Shown here: one piece after another, positions 13,210-25,072 of the stretch | Numbering within the stretch: the stretch's first letter is position 1 | Layout: every line of letters begins with the position of its first letter | Source: Eledone cirrhosa | Lineage: Eukaryota | Direction of reading: 5' to 3' | Length of the DNA stretch: 64,000 nucleotides | Assembly (NCBI GenBank): GCA_964016885.1 | Contig: OZ024747.1 | Coordinates: forward strand, 61,318,001 to 61,382,000 | The notes under the pieces: model-generated | Seen by the model: only the letters and a program-made list of their open reading frames with translations | Database searches by the model: none | What the model was told of the DNA's origin: nothing | Translations under genes and position numbers: made by a program

Positions 13210-13563
13210 CATATATATATATTTATATATACTACATATGTATGTATGTATAGATATAGATATATATATATACACATATATATATATAAGAACAGTTTTA
13301 TTGGAACAAGTGAATGAGTTATTTTATTCTTTATCATGAAGAAGAATTAGCCTTCACTTCAATTGAATTGTTTCCACACATAACCTAATCGGTTAACCAT
13401 CGTTTCGAAAATATACATACATATATATATAGATATAACACAAATATTGATTATATATACATACATACACACACATATATATATATATATATATACACAT
13501 ACAAATACACACATAGATACAGGTATAATTTAAGAATGTGTAAAAAACTTTTATTTATATATA

Positions 13564-13605
<42 letters not shown>

Positions 13606-13749
13606 CATGTATATATATAATATATATTCATGCACATATGTAATTTGCACGTATATCTTTCTCTCACACATATCTACACAAACTTATGTACTCATAAATA
13701 TGTATAAACTACTATTATATGAAACAATAGCATATATATATACATACAG

Positions 13750-13834
<85 letters not shown>

Positions 13835-13900
13835 TATATACATATACACACATTTACAATTTATATATCCATATATATATGCACACACACATATATATGT
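12800..13900. repeat. Compound (TA)n/(CA)n microsatellite region
   Basis: Direct inspection. Confidence 0.9.
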
Positions 13901-14962
13901 CGATATAACTGACAATGTTTTTATATATCTCAAATATTTCCTTTTATCTTTTCAAATTCATTTACTGTTTTGGCAAATGTCCCACAAGGAATACACACAC
14001 TCACACACACACACACATACACATATACACACACATACTGATGAAGAAAAAGAAGACGGAAAAAACCTCACCCTCCTGCTGTATTAAACTAAAGATATTT
14101 TAGAAATCAAAACGTGGTTAATTTTACCAATTACATCTTGATTCTCATATTTTTTTCTATTTACCCTTCTCCATTTTTTTTGTTTTCACCTCACAGAAAA
14201 AAATTTTCCAAACTTCCTTACAAATTATGGCTTTTTTACTCTTCTATAATTTAGTTTTTTCAACACATAATTTCAAAAAAGTAAAAGAAAATAATTGAAT
14301 TTAACTAAATGATGTTAAGTGTCTTATTTTGTTTTTAGTTTTGTTGATGTTTTATATAAAATTTGGTTTGCAAAAGCATTCCTATATATATGTATATGTT
14401 CCATATGTATATATATTTATATATATATATATATATGTATATAAAGTATTATGAAACATATCTGAAAGGTTGGGAATGCTAAATTACAAACTAAAGTATA
14501 ACTTTAAGGAACAATATATATCTATCTATATATATATATATATGTGTGTGTGTGTATGTAAAAATGAGACAGAAAGAACTGAAATGTTTTCATATCTCCT
14601 GAGATTTCTTTGAAACTAAGAATAAATTCATAAATAAAGATTTAGAGAGAATTTTGGTTATTAATATAAAAATATAAATTTATTTTATTTTTCTATTATA
14701 AATAAAAATAAAAGGCTAAAGCTATAAAGATTTTCTTTCGTCTTTCATAAAAATTTGCTGCGAAACATATTTCATTATGAGATGAAGCGAGTTGGGACTG
14801 CACGTACGAAGAAATTATAGTTATAAAAACGTTTTAAGAATTCTTGACAGTCCCTGATCAGATTATAGATTCTATTAATTGATTAACTATACCATGGTCA
14901 TCATAAGTTTTACTTCAGTATTCTTGTACAACAGGGACTTAGTATATATGGCTATAGTAGAG

Positions 14963-15200
14963 CTGTATATGCTCATGTATAAATCACACCTTTTAATATG
15001 AAAATATGATGTGTAAAATGGAGGTGTAACTTGATCTATAAAACCTCATTTCAAAATAAATGTTGTATGTAAAATGGAGGTGTGACTTAGCATCTGGACC
15101 TATAAAACCCCATTTCAATATATATGGTGCATTATAAATGTTGTATGTAAAATGGAGTCACAAAATATTTATAAGTGTGACTTATACATGAATATATAGG
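14963..15200. mobile_element. Degenerate pogo/Tigger-type MITE
   Basis: About 26-bp imperfect TIR CTGTATATGCTCATGTATAAATCACAC ... GTGTGACTTATACATGAATATATAGG; internal GTAAAATGGAG repeated three times. Confidence 0.55.
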
Positions 15201-15354
15201 GGTATATTCTCATCATCAATTATTTTATTTCTGTTCATTCTTGCTAATATGAGCTAAAAGGGACTTTTTGGGGTAATGTCTTATGACCAAACACCCTTTC
15301 TAACACCAACACTTTTCATTATCTCTTACACCATGCAGACACACACAAACACAC

Positions 15355-15568
15355 TGGTCGTGGAGGTGCCACGGCAAAAAAGCACCCAGCACTCACTGTA
15401 AATGAGGTTGGTGTTAGGAAGGGCATCCAGCTGTAGAAATCAAGCCAGAATCAGTTCCCGTATGAGCAAGACAAGGTCAGCCGACCGGACACTGCCCACA
15501 ACAGGACAACCCATCTAACCCATGCTAGCATGGAAAAACGGACGTAAAACTGTGATGATGATGATGAT
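15355..15568 (+). mobile_element. RTE-type 3' tail fragment
   Basis: CCATGCTAGCATGGAAAAACGGACGTAAAA then (GAT)n abutting (TA)n. Confidence 0.8.
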
Positions 15569-17353
15569 ATATATATATCAAGTAAAGCAACGGAGTAAAG
15601 GACTCAAGTATAACCCAGTAATTTAATTGAAAAAAAAAAAGAAATTGATTACATTCTTGAAAGCTGTGCTCCAGTATGACCAGTTCAATGACTGAAACCA
15701 GTAAAAGAATAAAATAATATACAGAGAAGCTATCTACTTCAACTGAAGCAGTAGAAATTGAGAATAGTCTGATGGATATGTAACTCTTTAAGTCAGAAAA
15801 ACAGTTGAATTGCCAGAAAATAAAAGAGATTAAATCAAATATATAGTCGCCGAAAGTGTCTGATAGTGCACATGTTCACTCCCTCCCCTATCAAGTGATA
15901 ATGAACTATTCTACATTTGTGTGTCCCACATGGGATAACCCACGTGCCCACATGACCTGCATGCTCTGTCTTTACTATAACTACTCTGTTTTCTACAAAA
16001 TTTACTACTTTATACAGTTGGACTCTGTTGTACAGTTAGGCATCTTGAACAGAGAGCCTAGGATTTAACTGTCTAATTGACGACAGCAGACCTTTTAAAA
16101 CAAAGGTAACATCTTTTTCCATTTCATAGCATCTCTGCATATGAGCTCTCCACTTTTTATATTTAATATATTGAACTTTGTTATTTCATGAGTGTTTCAA
16201 ACATATCCTTGAATAATAGTGCATTTTATTTGTCTCTTATATTTGCCAAACATAGGGCTGAGAGAACATTTCAGTTATGTCAAGGGCACTACAAGCTCCT
16301 TAGTATTGGTCCCATAATAAAATACACCCAGTATTTTCTGAAATAAAGTGTAGGAATGTACGTGAGTGAGATGAGAGCCCTGATCTGTCTGTGAAGACAA
16401 TGGCTTCGATTGAATGCTGACTTGGTCTGTATGAATTCTCCAACCTTTGCTAGCGTAGAAAAATGACTTTTAAATGACAATGATGATGATGAAGTGTGGA
16501 ATATCAAATATACAAGTAAAATATGGTCCTCTATATCACTGAGGGGGACATTAACATAGAATAAGAACTGACACAGACCATGACAGCTCATTCAACCTAA
16601 GTTAATCTAAAAAGCAAACAACAACAATGATGATGATGATGATGGTGATTATTTACCATGAATTTTCTCTCATCTTTTTAATACAATGGTACATCTCCAT
16701 TTTTTCTCACATATTCTCCAAGGTCTGATCAATTAGCATATTTTCTGAACCAGTTCCCTGTAGAGCTGTATTCCAATTTACCAGAATCATTTTATTTTGA
16801 ATTCATTCTTTCTTTCATTCTTTTTTTTAATGTTTTCTTAGTCCTTATATAAATTGCCACATCTTCTTTGGCAGGGGGGGGTTGTAGGGCAATTAGCTGG
16901 TTGTTTATTACTGTTTCAATATTGTTTTGGTTTTGTTGTTGTTGTTTTCACCTGTTTTGAACTGAATATGATTCAATTAACCTGAACATGACAATATTTT
17001 GTGACAAAATTGCTAAAAGAAATAGGAAAAAATAACATTATACAAATATGTAAAACAACATTATTTCCACATGCATTCCCAGCCAAGCAAACATTTAGAA
17101 ATTTAACAGTGTATAACTTCCAAAAGACAAGACTCTTCTCATATTACACCTTAGGTTAACAAATGCAACACAAATATTTATATATATACACACACATATA
17201 TGCATATATATATATGAATATATATATATATATACACACACATATATGCATATATATATATATGTATATATATATATATGCATATATATATATGTGTATA
17301 TATAATATATATACACACACACATACATGCATATATATACACACACACATACA

Positions 17354-17400
<47 letters not shown>

Positions 17401-17724
17401 CACCCCCGTCCCACCACCCCCACCCCATCCACACCGCCCCTTCTATGTAAAGTTATGTTGGTGCCACACCATCCAGGCCGAAACAAATGAGATCGTGTAG
17501 GTGTCACGACAAAAAAACACACAGTCCACGCTGTAATGTGGCCGTGTAGGCAACACGGTAAAAACCTCCCAGACCCACACTGTAAACGTGGTTGGTGTTA
17601 GGAAGGGCATCCAACTGTAGAAAACCTGCCAGACAGTCCTATGCGAGCAAGACAATCACTCTTGCCTCAAGTGGGAAAACCCCCGTCCAAACCCATGCAA
17701 GCGTGGAACACGGACGTTAAACAT

Positions 17725-17755
<31 letters not shown>
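17401..17755 (+). mobile_element. RTE LINE 3' UTR copy
   Basis: Near-identical reverse complement of 18071-18417. Confidence 0.9.
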
Positions 17756-17799
<44 letters not shown>

Positions 17800-17854
17800 T
17801 CATCATCATCATCATTTTATGTCCGCTTTACCTGCTTGCAATATATATATATAT

Positions 17855-17990
17855 AAATAAATGTTAGAGAAAACAATACCAAATTTGAACAAATATATTT
17901 AATGGCTGACAATTGTTTCAGGAACCATATCAGTATTCTGCGCATACGGATGATAATTATCGATAAGTGATAATAAAATGAAAAGTTAGA
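17855..17990 (-). mobile_element. Left arm of an inverted-repeat element (Penelope pLTR-like or foldback TIR)
   Basis: Reverse complement of 20940-21038 plus 21270-21325. Confidence 0.7.
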
Positions 17991-18070
17991 TATGGTCTCC
18001 TTATCGGGACCAAAAAGGAAAAAGATAAATATAAAAATTCAAAAATACATCTCATTGAAAATAGGGACTA

Positions 18071-20810
18071 CATCATCATCATCATCATCAACGTTTAACG
18101 TCCGTGTTCCACGCTTGCATGGGTTTGGACGGGGGTTTTCCCACTTGAGGCAAGAGTGATTGTCTTGCTCGCATAGGACTGTCTGGCAGGTTTTCTACAG
18201 TTGGATGCCCTTCCTAACACCAACCACATTTACAGTGTGGGTCTGGGAGGTTTTTACCGTGTTGCCTACACGGCCACATTACAGCGTGGACTGTGTGTTT
18301 TTTGTCGTGACACCTACACGATCTCATTTGTTTCGGCCTGGATGGCGCGGCACCAACATAACTTTACATAGAACGGGGTGGTGTGGATGGGGTGGGGGTG
18401 GTGGCGGGACGGGGTGTAGTTTGTTAGAGATGCCTACTGGCAAGGCGGGTCTTCTCTGTTACTGAGTACCGCCAAAGGTCACGGTCCAGTGACATTGTCT
18501 TGGAGAGGTGTAAGTGTGTGAGGTCGGAGTTTATCAGCTCATCCCATGTTTTTCTAGGTCTGCCTATTCCGTGGCTACCGTCTATCTTTATTGCCCTGCA
18601 CTTTGTAATACAGCTATCGACTTTCATGCGCATCACGTGTCCATACCAACGCAGCCTTCTCTCGAGTAAACAACATCTGATCCCTCTTATCTCTAATTTT
18701 TTCCTTAGTTCGTTTATGCTTTGCCGTTCACGTATATTACTGTTACACATCCAGCGGAGCATGCAAGCTTCGTTCCTCTCTAGTCTGCGTATATCCTCTG
18801 CACACAATGCCCAGGTCTCACTACCATGCAACATTGCTGTTCGTATGCAGGCATCGTACAACCTGCCTTTCATTTTTAGGGAGAACCCTTTAGCAGCTAA
18901 TAGTGGTATAAGCTCTCTGAACTTTTTCCAACCAGTTCTGACTCTAGCTACAGTACTTTCAGAGCACCCTCCCCCACTGCTGATTTTATCGCCCAGGTAA
19001 CGGAAGCTGGCCACTATTTCTATAGAACCCTCTGCGCAATTGAAAGAGCTAGTATTTTGTGGGCACTTGCTGCTACTTATTGCACCAGAACACCGGCCAC
19101 ATGTAAAGTCTATGTTCTTAGTTAGCTTACCTGTGATCCCACTACATCTTTTATGCACCCATACTTTGCATTTAGGACATAAGATGGAGTTTCTACCTAC
19201 GCCTTTCCTACATACCGAGCACGACCATTTCCCAGAAGGGACCACCGCCTTGTTTTCTTTCCTACAAACTAGAACTTTGGTCTTAGCCAGGTTAATTTTA
19301 AGTCCTTTTGACTCTAGGCCGTGCTTCCATGTTTGGAATTTCTTCTCTAGCTCGGCCATTGATTCCGCTATGAGTGTCAGGTCGTCTGCGTATAGGAGTT
19401 CCCATGGGCAGCCTGTCTTGAACTCCTCTGTTATAGCCTGAAGGGCAATAATAAATAGTAGGGGGCTGAGAACAGAGCCCTGATGGACGCCAACTTTTAC
19501 GCTAAACTCTTCACTATATTCGTTGTTAATTCTAACCTTGCTGACTGTTTCTTTATACATGGCTTGTATAGCCCTCACAAGCCATTCGTCAACGCCTACT
19601 TTTCTAAGAGCCCACCAGATAATGGAGCGGGGGACTCTGTCGAAGGCTTTCTCCAGGTCGACAAAAGCTAAGTAGAGGGGTTTACCTTTAGCTAGGTACT
19701 TCTCCTGTAGTTGTCGTACTATGAAAAGAGCGTCTGTGGTGCTTTTGCCTGACACAAACCCGAACTGCATTTCATCTAGATCAATTCTCTCTCTGATTAG
19801 TTGCGCTATTACTTTTTCCGTGACCTTCATGACCTGGTCGATTAATTTAATGCCTCTATAGTTACTCCTATCTAGGGCGTCTCCTTTACCCTTATAACAG
19901 TTAACGATGATGCTGCTATGCCAGTCCTTCGGAACAACCCCATTCTGTACGACTTGGTTAACTATGCGGGTGACCATGGTGTGTCCCACCGTGCCAGATG
20001 CCTTCAGCATCTCAGCAACTATTTCCGAAGGCCCAGCCGCCTTACCAGTCTTCATATCCTTGATTGCCTTACTTATTATACTCCCCTCGACTAACACTGC
20101 TGGTCCCTCTATCGGGTCGATATGGGGGAGACTGTCTTTCTCCCATTTATTCTCCTCATTTAGTAGCCTTTCATAGTGACACTTCCAAGCTACCTTCTTA
20201 TCAGTGTCGGTGATGGCAAGTATGCCATCATCGTTAAGTACACACTTCTCCCCGACAATATCACGGTTTTCCTTGACGCATTGCCTGGCAATCCTGAACA
20301 CCTCACGTTTTTGGTCATCGCGTTGTAGAACATGCTTGAACTTTCTTTCCTCAGCTTCCCTTCTTGCTAAGTACACTTCTCTCCTAGCTTCCCTCCTGGC
20401 CACTTGATAGTCTACTCTACTTCCCCCATCCCGCCATACTTTCCAAGCCTGCTTTTTGACCTTAATTGACCCCTCCACCCTACTGTTCCACCACCATGAT
20501 TACTCTCCTCCTGCCTACAGGCCTGCTCCAGCCACAGACTTCGTCTGTCGCCAACAGCAGGTTTGCTTTCAGAAATTTCCACTGTCCCTCTATATTGTCC
20601 GATTCTAGATGCTCTTCCTTACTGTCGAAAGCATCAAGTAATATGCTTTGAAATTTATTTCTGGCTGTGGGGTCCTTTAGTTTCCATATTTTCCTCCTGA
20701 GGATAGTCCTCTTCTGCTGTCGGGTACGTCTCGTCCTGACTATGAGGTCGCTAATTATCAGTCTATGTTGGGAGGTGCATTCTTCATGGGGGAGGGATTT
20801 AGTGTTTACA
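18071..20810 (-). mobile_element. 5'-truncated RTE-clade LINE
   Basis: Begins at the end of the AP-endonuclease domain (ECTSQHRLIISDL), one +1 frameshift near 20500 before WWWN, then a long RT frame, 3' UTR and (GAT)n tail. Confidence 0.95.
18424..20478 (-). CDS. RTE LINE reverse transcriptase (partial ORF, 684 codons) with inserted PHD-like finger
   Basis: NYRGIKL, QFGF, AFVDLEKAFDRV, GVHQGSVLSPLLF, LLYADD, FRYLG, RLRWYGHVMR, GRPRKTW; the listed start codon is not the true start. Confidence 0.95.
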   Translation of the reverse strand: MEGSIKVKKQAWKVWRDGGSRVDYQVARREARREVYLARREAEERKFKHVLQRDDQKREVFRIARQCVKENRDIVGEKCVLNDDGILAITDTDKKVAWKCHYERLLNEENKWEKDSLPHIDPIEGPAVLVEGSIISKAIKDMKTGKAAGPSEIVAEMLKASGTVGHTMVTRIVNQVVQNGVVPKDWHSSIIVNCYKGKGDALDRSNYRGIKLIDQVMKVTEKVIAQLIRERIDLDEMQFGFVSGKSTTDALFIVRQLQEKYLAKGKPLYLAFVDLEKAFDRVPRSIIWWALRKVGVDEWLVRAIQAMYKETVSKVRINNEYSEEFSVKVGVHQGSVLSPLLFIIALQAITEEFKTGCPWELLYADDLTLIAESMAELEKKFQTWKHGLESKGLKINLAKTKVLVCRKENKAVVPSGKWSCSVCRKGVGRNSILCPKCKVWVHKRCSGITGKLTKNIDFTCGRCSGAISSSKCPQNTSSFNCAEGSIEIVASFRYLGDKISSGGGCSESTVARVRTGWKKFRELIPLLAAKGFSLKMKGRLYDACIRTAMLHGSETWALCAEDIRRLERNEACMLRWMCNSNIRERQSINELRKKLEIRGIRCCLLERRLRWYGHVMRMKVDSCITKCRAIKIDGSHGIGRPRKTWDELINSDLTHLHLSKTMSLDRDLWRYSVTEKTRLASRHL

Positions 20811-20939
20811 ATAATGTAAAACTTGAAGAATACCTGTCCACATATTAGAGATGTAAGTAAGATAATAATACATTATAAATCCTAAGAGTTTAACCGTTTA
20901 AAAAAAAAAATGGAGAAAATATGAAACCGGTAGTAGGTA

Positions 20940-21325
20940 TAACTTTTCTTTTTATTATCACTTACTATTATCGATTTTATAACCGATAATTATGATCTGT
21001 ATGTGCAGAATACTGATATGGTTTCCAAAACAATTGTCTTCTTCTCTTGTGATGCTAAACTCCGCCAGTTGCAGACTGCACATTAACATGTGATACCTCT
21101 CTCCACAAAGTTCTATCACCAGCAGCAGAGTTCACAGAGCAAAGATGAAGTCCAGTCCATAAGTTGACATTATCAAGCCATCGTTTTGGCTGCCAGCCTC
21201 TGTTTCTCTTACCAGCCAACCTTCCTTCCAGGCATAACCTACTCACACCATGAGTTGATCTTTTTATATGGCCATATAATATATTTGTTCAAGAATTTGG
21301 TATTTATTCTCTAACATTTAATTTC
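20940..21325 (+). mobile_element. Right arm of the inverted-repeat element, split by a LINE fragment
   Basis: Matches the reverse complement of 17855-17990 on both sides of 21039-21273. Confidence 0.7.
21039..21273 (-). mobile_element. 3' fragment of another RTE-like LINE family
   Basis: YGHIKR...LEGRLAGKRNRGWQPKRWLDNV...DRTLWR C-terminal motifs, GAA-type tail. Confidence 0.75.
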
Positions 21326-21541
21326 TGTTTATACAATTTTTTGCTTGACATTATTTCTCTGACTTACCCACATTGTTCGCTTGTCTTGCATCTAGCACAC
21401 ATTGAGCACACTGTCCCTTTTACTACTGGTATATCATTCTCATAACTAATCACTTATCTCTCCTCTTCGATTAGTTTGTATGTATAATTTATATATATAT
21501 ATATATATATATGCAGAGGTTATATTTAATTTGCTGGGACA

Positions 21542-21579
<38 letters not shown>

Positions 21580-21788
21580 ACGGCTTCTATATTACATTTT
21601 GTATATACTCTACTAATGTATTGAGTACCTTATTTACTGTGGTTACTCCTGATTGACCCCGGGACTCACATATATGTATATATATACACACAAACATATA
21701 TATATACACATACATATACACATATATATATACACTCACATACACATATATATATATATACACACATATATATATATATACACAAATT

Positions 21789-21832
<44 letters not shown>

Positions 21833-22347
21833 TTCTATGTACAAACGAAAGAAATGAACTATCAATACAAAATGTGGAAGTTGAAAATAAATATATACTA
21901 ACAGTTTGACTTAGTTTTGCATTACCAAATAGTTTCATGACTGTAAATACAACTACCATTTTCACACAAACACATGCAAACCCCACACAGATACATACAT
22001 GATGGCTGCAAACTCTGCTAAGAGTATTGCAATCGCTTGTCAGATTATAGAAAATGGTGCACTTTTAAGCCAGCCACACAAACCTGTAACAGATCTGTGT
22101 TTTGAAGGTCTTTTAAATGGGGAAAGGCCTTGCACTCGACCAATCCCACTCTCTGAGCATCGAAAACACTATCCGAAAAGGAGAACTACATATACACATA
22201 TAGAGAGAGATTTACACCCCTGTATGTCTATCCACACACACACACACATACAGGCATACGCACACATATATATATATATATACCTATTTAGTGAGATTTA
22301 CACACCTTTATGTCTACCCACACACACACATACAGGCATATACACAT

Positions 22348-22805
22348 ATCATCATCGTTTAACGTCCATATTCCACGCTTGCATGGGTTTGGATGGGAGG
22401 TTTCTCACTTGAGGCAAGATTTGTTGTCCTGCTCGTATAGGACTGTCTGGCGGGTTTTCTACGGCTGGATGCCCTTCCTAACACCAACCACGTTTACAGT
22501 GTGGACTGGGAGGTTTTTACCGTGTTACCTACACAGCCACATTTACAGCGTGGACTGTGTGTTTTTTTGTCGTGACACCTACACGACCTCATTTGTTTCG
22601 GTCTGGATGTTGTGGTACCAACATAACTTTACATAGAAGGGGGCGGTGTGGATGGGGTGGGGGTGGTGGGACGGGGGTGAATTTTGTTAGAGGTGCCTAC
22701 TGACTGTAGTAGGTTTTACTTTGTATTTAGGTAAGGCGGGTCTTCTCTATTACTGTGTAGCGCCAAAGATCTCGGTCCAGTGACTTGTCTTGGAGAGGTG
22801 TAAGT
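22348..22805 (-). mobile_element. RTE LINE 3' fragment
   Basis: Same orientation as and highly similar to 18085-18515. Confidence 0.9.
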
Positions 22806-23015
22806 ATATATATATATATATGCCTATTTAGTGAGATTTACACACCTTTATGTCTATCCACACACACACATACAGACATACATATATATATACATATACC
22901 TATTTAGTGAGATTTACTCACCTTTATATGCCTATCCACACACAGACAGACACACACATACACATATATATATATATATATATATGTTGGCCTGTATATT
23001 TTGGGTATGTAGATA

Positions 23016-23231
23016 TTAACCCTTTAGCATTTAGACCAGCTGTATTCGGCCAGAATTCTCTCACCTCTTTCTGTTCAAACTAGTTGTAACCAACCACTCA
23101 TACTTATGTTAAGGTATTGTTCTCAAAATGAATAATATCAAAATCTCATAGAATCAATACTATGTGAGGTAAAGCCGTTACTACAAAAATATAATATTAA
23201 ATATAGAGTAATGTAAATGGTAAAGAGTTAA
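23016..23231 (+). mobile_element. piggyBac-type MITE
   Basis: TTAA-CCCTTTAGCATT ... AATGGTAAAGAG-TTAA; same family at 38098-38603, 50256-50484, 57635-57847 and partial at 30475-30612. Confidence 0.75.
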
Positions 23232-23519
23232 TGGTGAAACGACAGTATTTGATTTATATCTACATGTATTCTCCCTCCAGAGAAAAAAGTAGTGCCATAT
23301 TTAATAGTTATTCTCTGTTAAATTGAAATGGGATAGGAGATTTAATGAGAAATACAAAACTCAATTACTTAATTCCGTCTATTACTTATTTTTCTTTGTC
23401 ATCTCATTTATTTTTCAGTATTGTTCTTTTTTTACCATCAAGCTCCATTTCAGAGTTTAAAATAAGAAGAATTGCTTTTTGATCTTCTAGGGGGTCTCCA
23501 CCACTATTTATTTGCAGTA

Positions 23520-23897
23520 TTGGTTGTGCATCAGACATGGTTTGCAGCACAGAGTTACGGCCCTTTACGTTCTGAGTTCAAATCCCGCCGAGATTTACTT
23601 TGCCTTTCATCCTCGTCCGGTCAATAAAATATAGCACCAGTAATACACTGGGGTTGATTTAATCGATTTTCCGCTCCCCCAAATTCCTGGCCTTGTGCCT
23701 ATAGTAGAAATCATCATTGTGAATTGGCAGTATCGGTAGAGGGTCGGACGCCATGCTTTGCAGCATAGTTACGTCCCTTTATGATCTGAGTTCAAATCCC
23801 GCCGAGGTTAACTTTGCTTTTCATCCTTACGGGGTCGATAAAATAAAGCACCAGTAATGCACTGGGTAATTGCTGGCCTTGTGCCAAATGTAGAAAC

Positions 23898-23928
<31 letters not shown>

Positions 23929-24100
23929 ATGTCCCTTTATGTTCTGAGTTGCAATCCCACCAATGTTAGCTTTGCCTTTTATTTTTATGGAGTCGATGAA
24001 ATAAAGCACCAGTAATGTACTGGGGTCGATTTAATCGACTTTACCTCCCCCCAAAATTGTTGGCCTGTATCTAAATCAGAAACCATTATTATTATTATTT
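23520..24100 (+). mobile_element. Three tandem family A SINE copies
   Basis: Repeated B-box, central motif and ATT tails. Confidence 0.85.
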
Positions 24101-24400
24101 TGAATTCGATATCTCAGTCAACCTCAGATATTCCGGACATATCGGAGGAGGGTCCTTGCTGTTTCTCAGTAAGCATGCCCTTTTGAAGTGTTCCAAAAAA
24201 GCCTTGAAAGCTCTTCTAGATAGTATCTATTGTTCCTGTGATGATGGTGACGACCTCCATCTCATGACAATCCCAAATCCTTTTCAATTCCCACATTAGA
24301 TCCTGGTAGCAGTTAATTTTCTTCTTCTCCATTTTCTTGCTCTCTTGTGTCAAAGGGGCCAGCTTGTCTAACAACATGTTAACTTGGAAAAATGGATGTT
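24101..24400 (-). pseudogene. R4/Dong-type non-LTR retrotransposon 3' fragment (restriction-like endonuclease C-terminus)
   Basis: Minus strand gives PFDTR, KKINCYQDLMWELKRIWDCHEMEVVTIITGTIDTI and LQK.CLL..ART-like pieces across frameshifts; flanked by (AAT)n. Confidence 0.7.
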
Positions 24401-24427
24401 ACACAGTGATTATTATTATTATTATCT

Positions 24428-25072
24428 AGGGCGGTGGATTGGCAGTATCGGTAGAGGGTCGGACGCCATGCTTTCCAGCATAGTTACGTCCCTTTACGAT
24501 CTGAGTTCAAATCCCGCCGAGGTTGACTTTGCCTTTCATCCTTACGGGGTCGATAAAATAAAGTACCAGTAATGCACTGGGTAATTGCTGGCCTTGTGCC
24601 TAAAGTAGAAACAATTATTATTATTATTATTATAAGGGCATATATAGCAGCGGATTGGTAGTATCGGTAGAGGGTCGGATGCCATGCCTTGACACATTGA
24701 GTTATGGCCCTTGCCATTGTGGGTTCAAATCCCGCCGAGGTTAAGTTTGCCTTTCATCCTTACGGGGTCGATAAAATAAAGTACCAGTAATACGCTGGGG
24801 TAATAGCTGGCCTTGTGCCAAACGTAGAAACAATTATTATTTTCATCAGGGCAATGGATTGGCATTATTGGTAGAGCATTGGACACCCTGGCATAGAGTT
24901 ACGACCCTTTACGTTCTGAGTTCAAGTCCCACTAAGGTTAGCTTTGCCTTTCACCCTTATGGAATCGATAAAAGAAAGCACCAGTAATGCACTGGGGTTG
25001 ATTTAATTGACTTTCACCTCCCCTTAAAAAAATTGCTGGCCTTGTGGCTATATCAGAAACTATTATTATTAT
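24428..25072 (+). mobile_element. Three tandem family A SINE copies
   Basis: GGCGGTGGATTGGCAGTATCGGTAGAGGG heads, ATT tails. Confidence 0.9.

Noticed and set aside
21999-22190. 64-codon ATG-initiated frame in unique sequence
   Set aside because: No recognisable domain or donor site; runs into microsatellite
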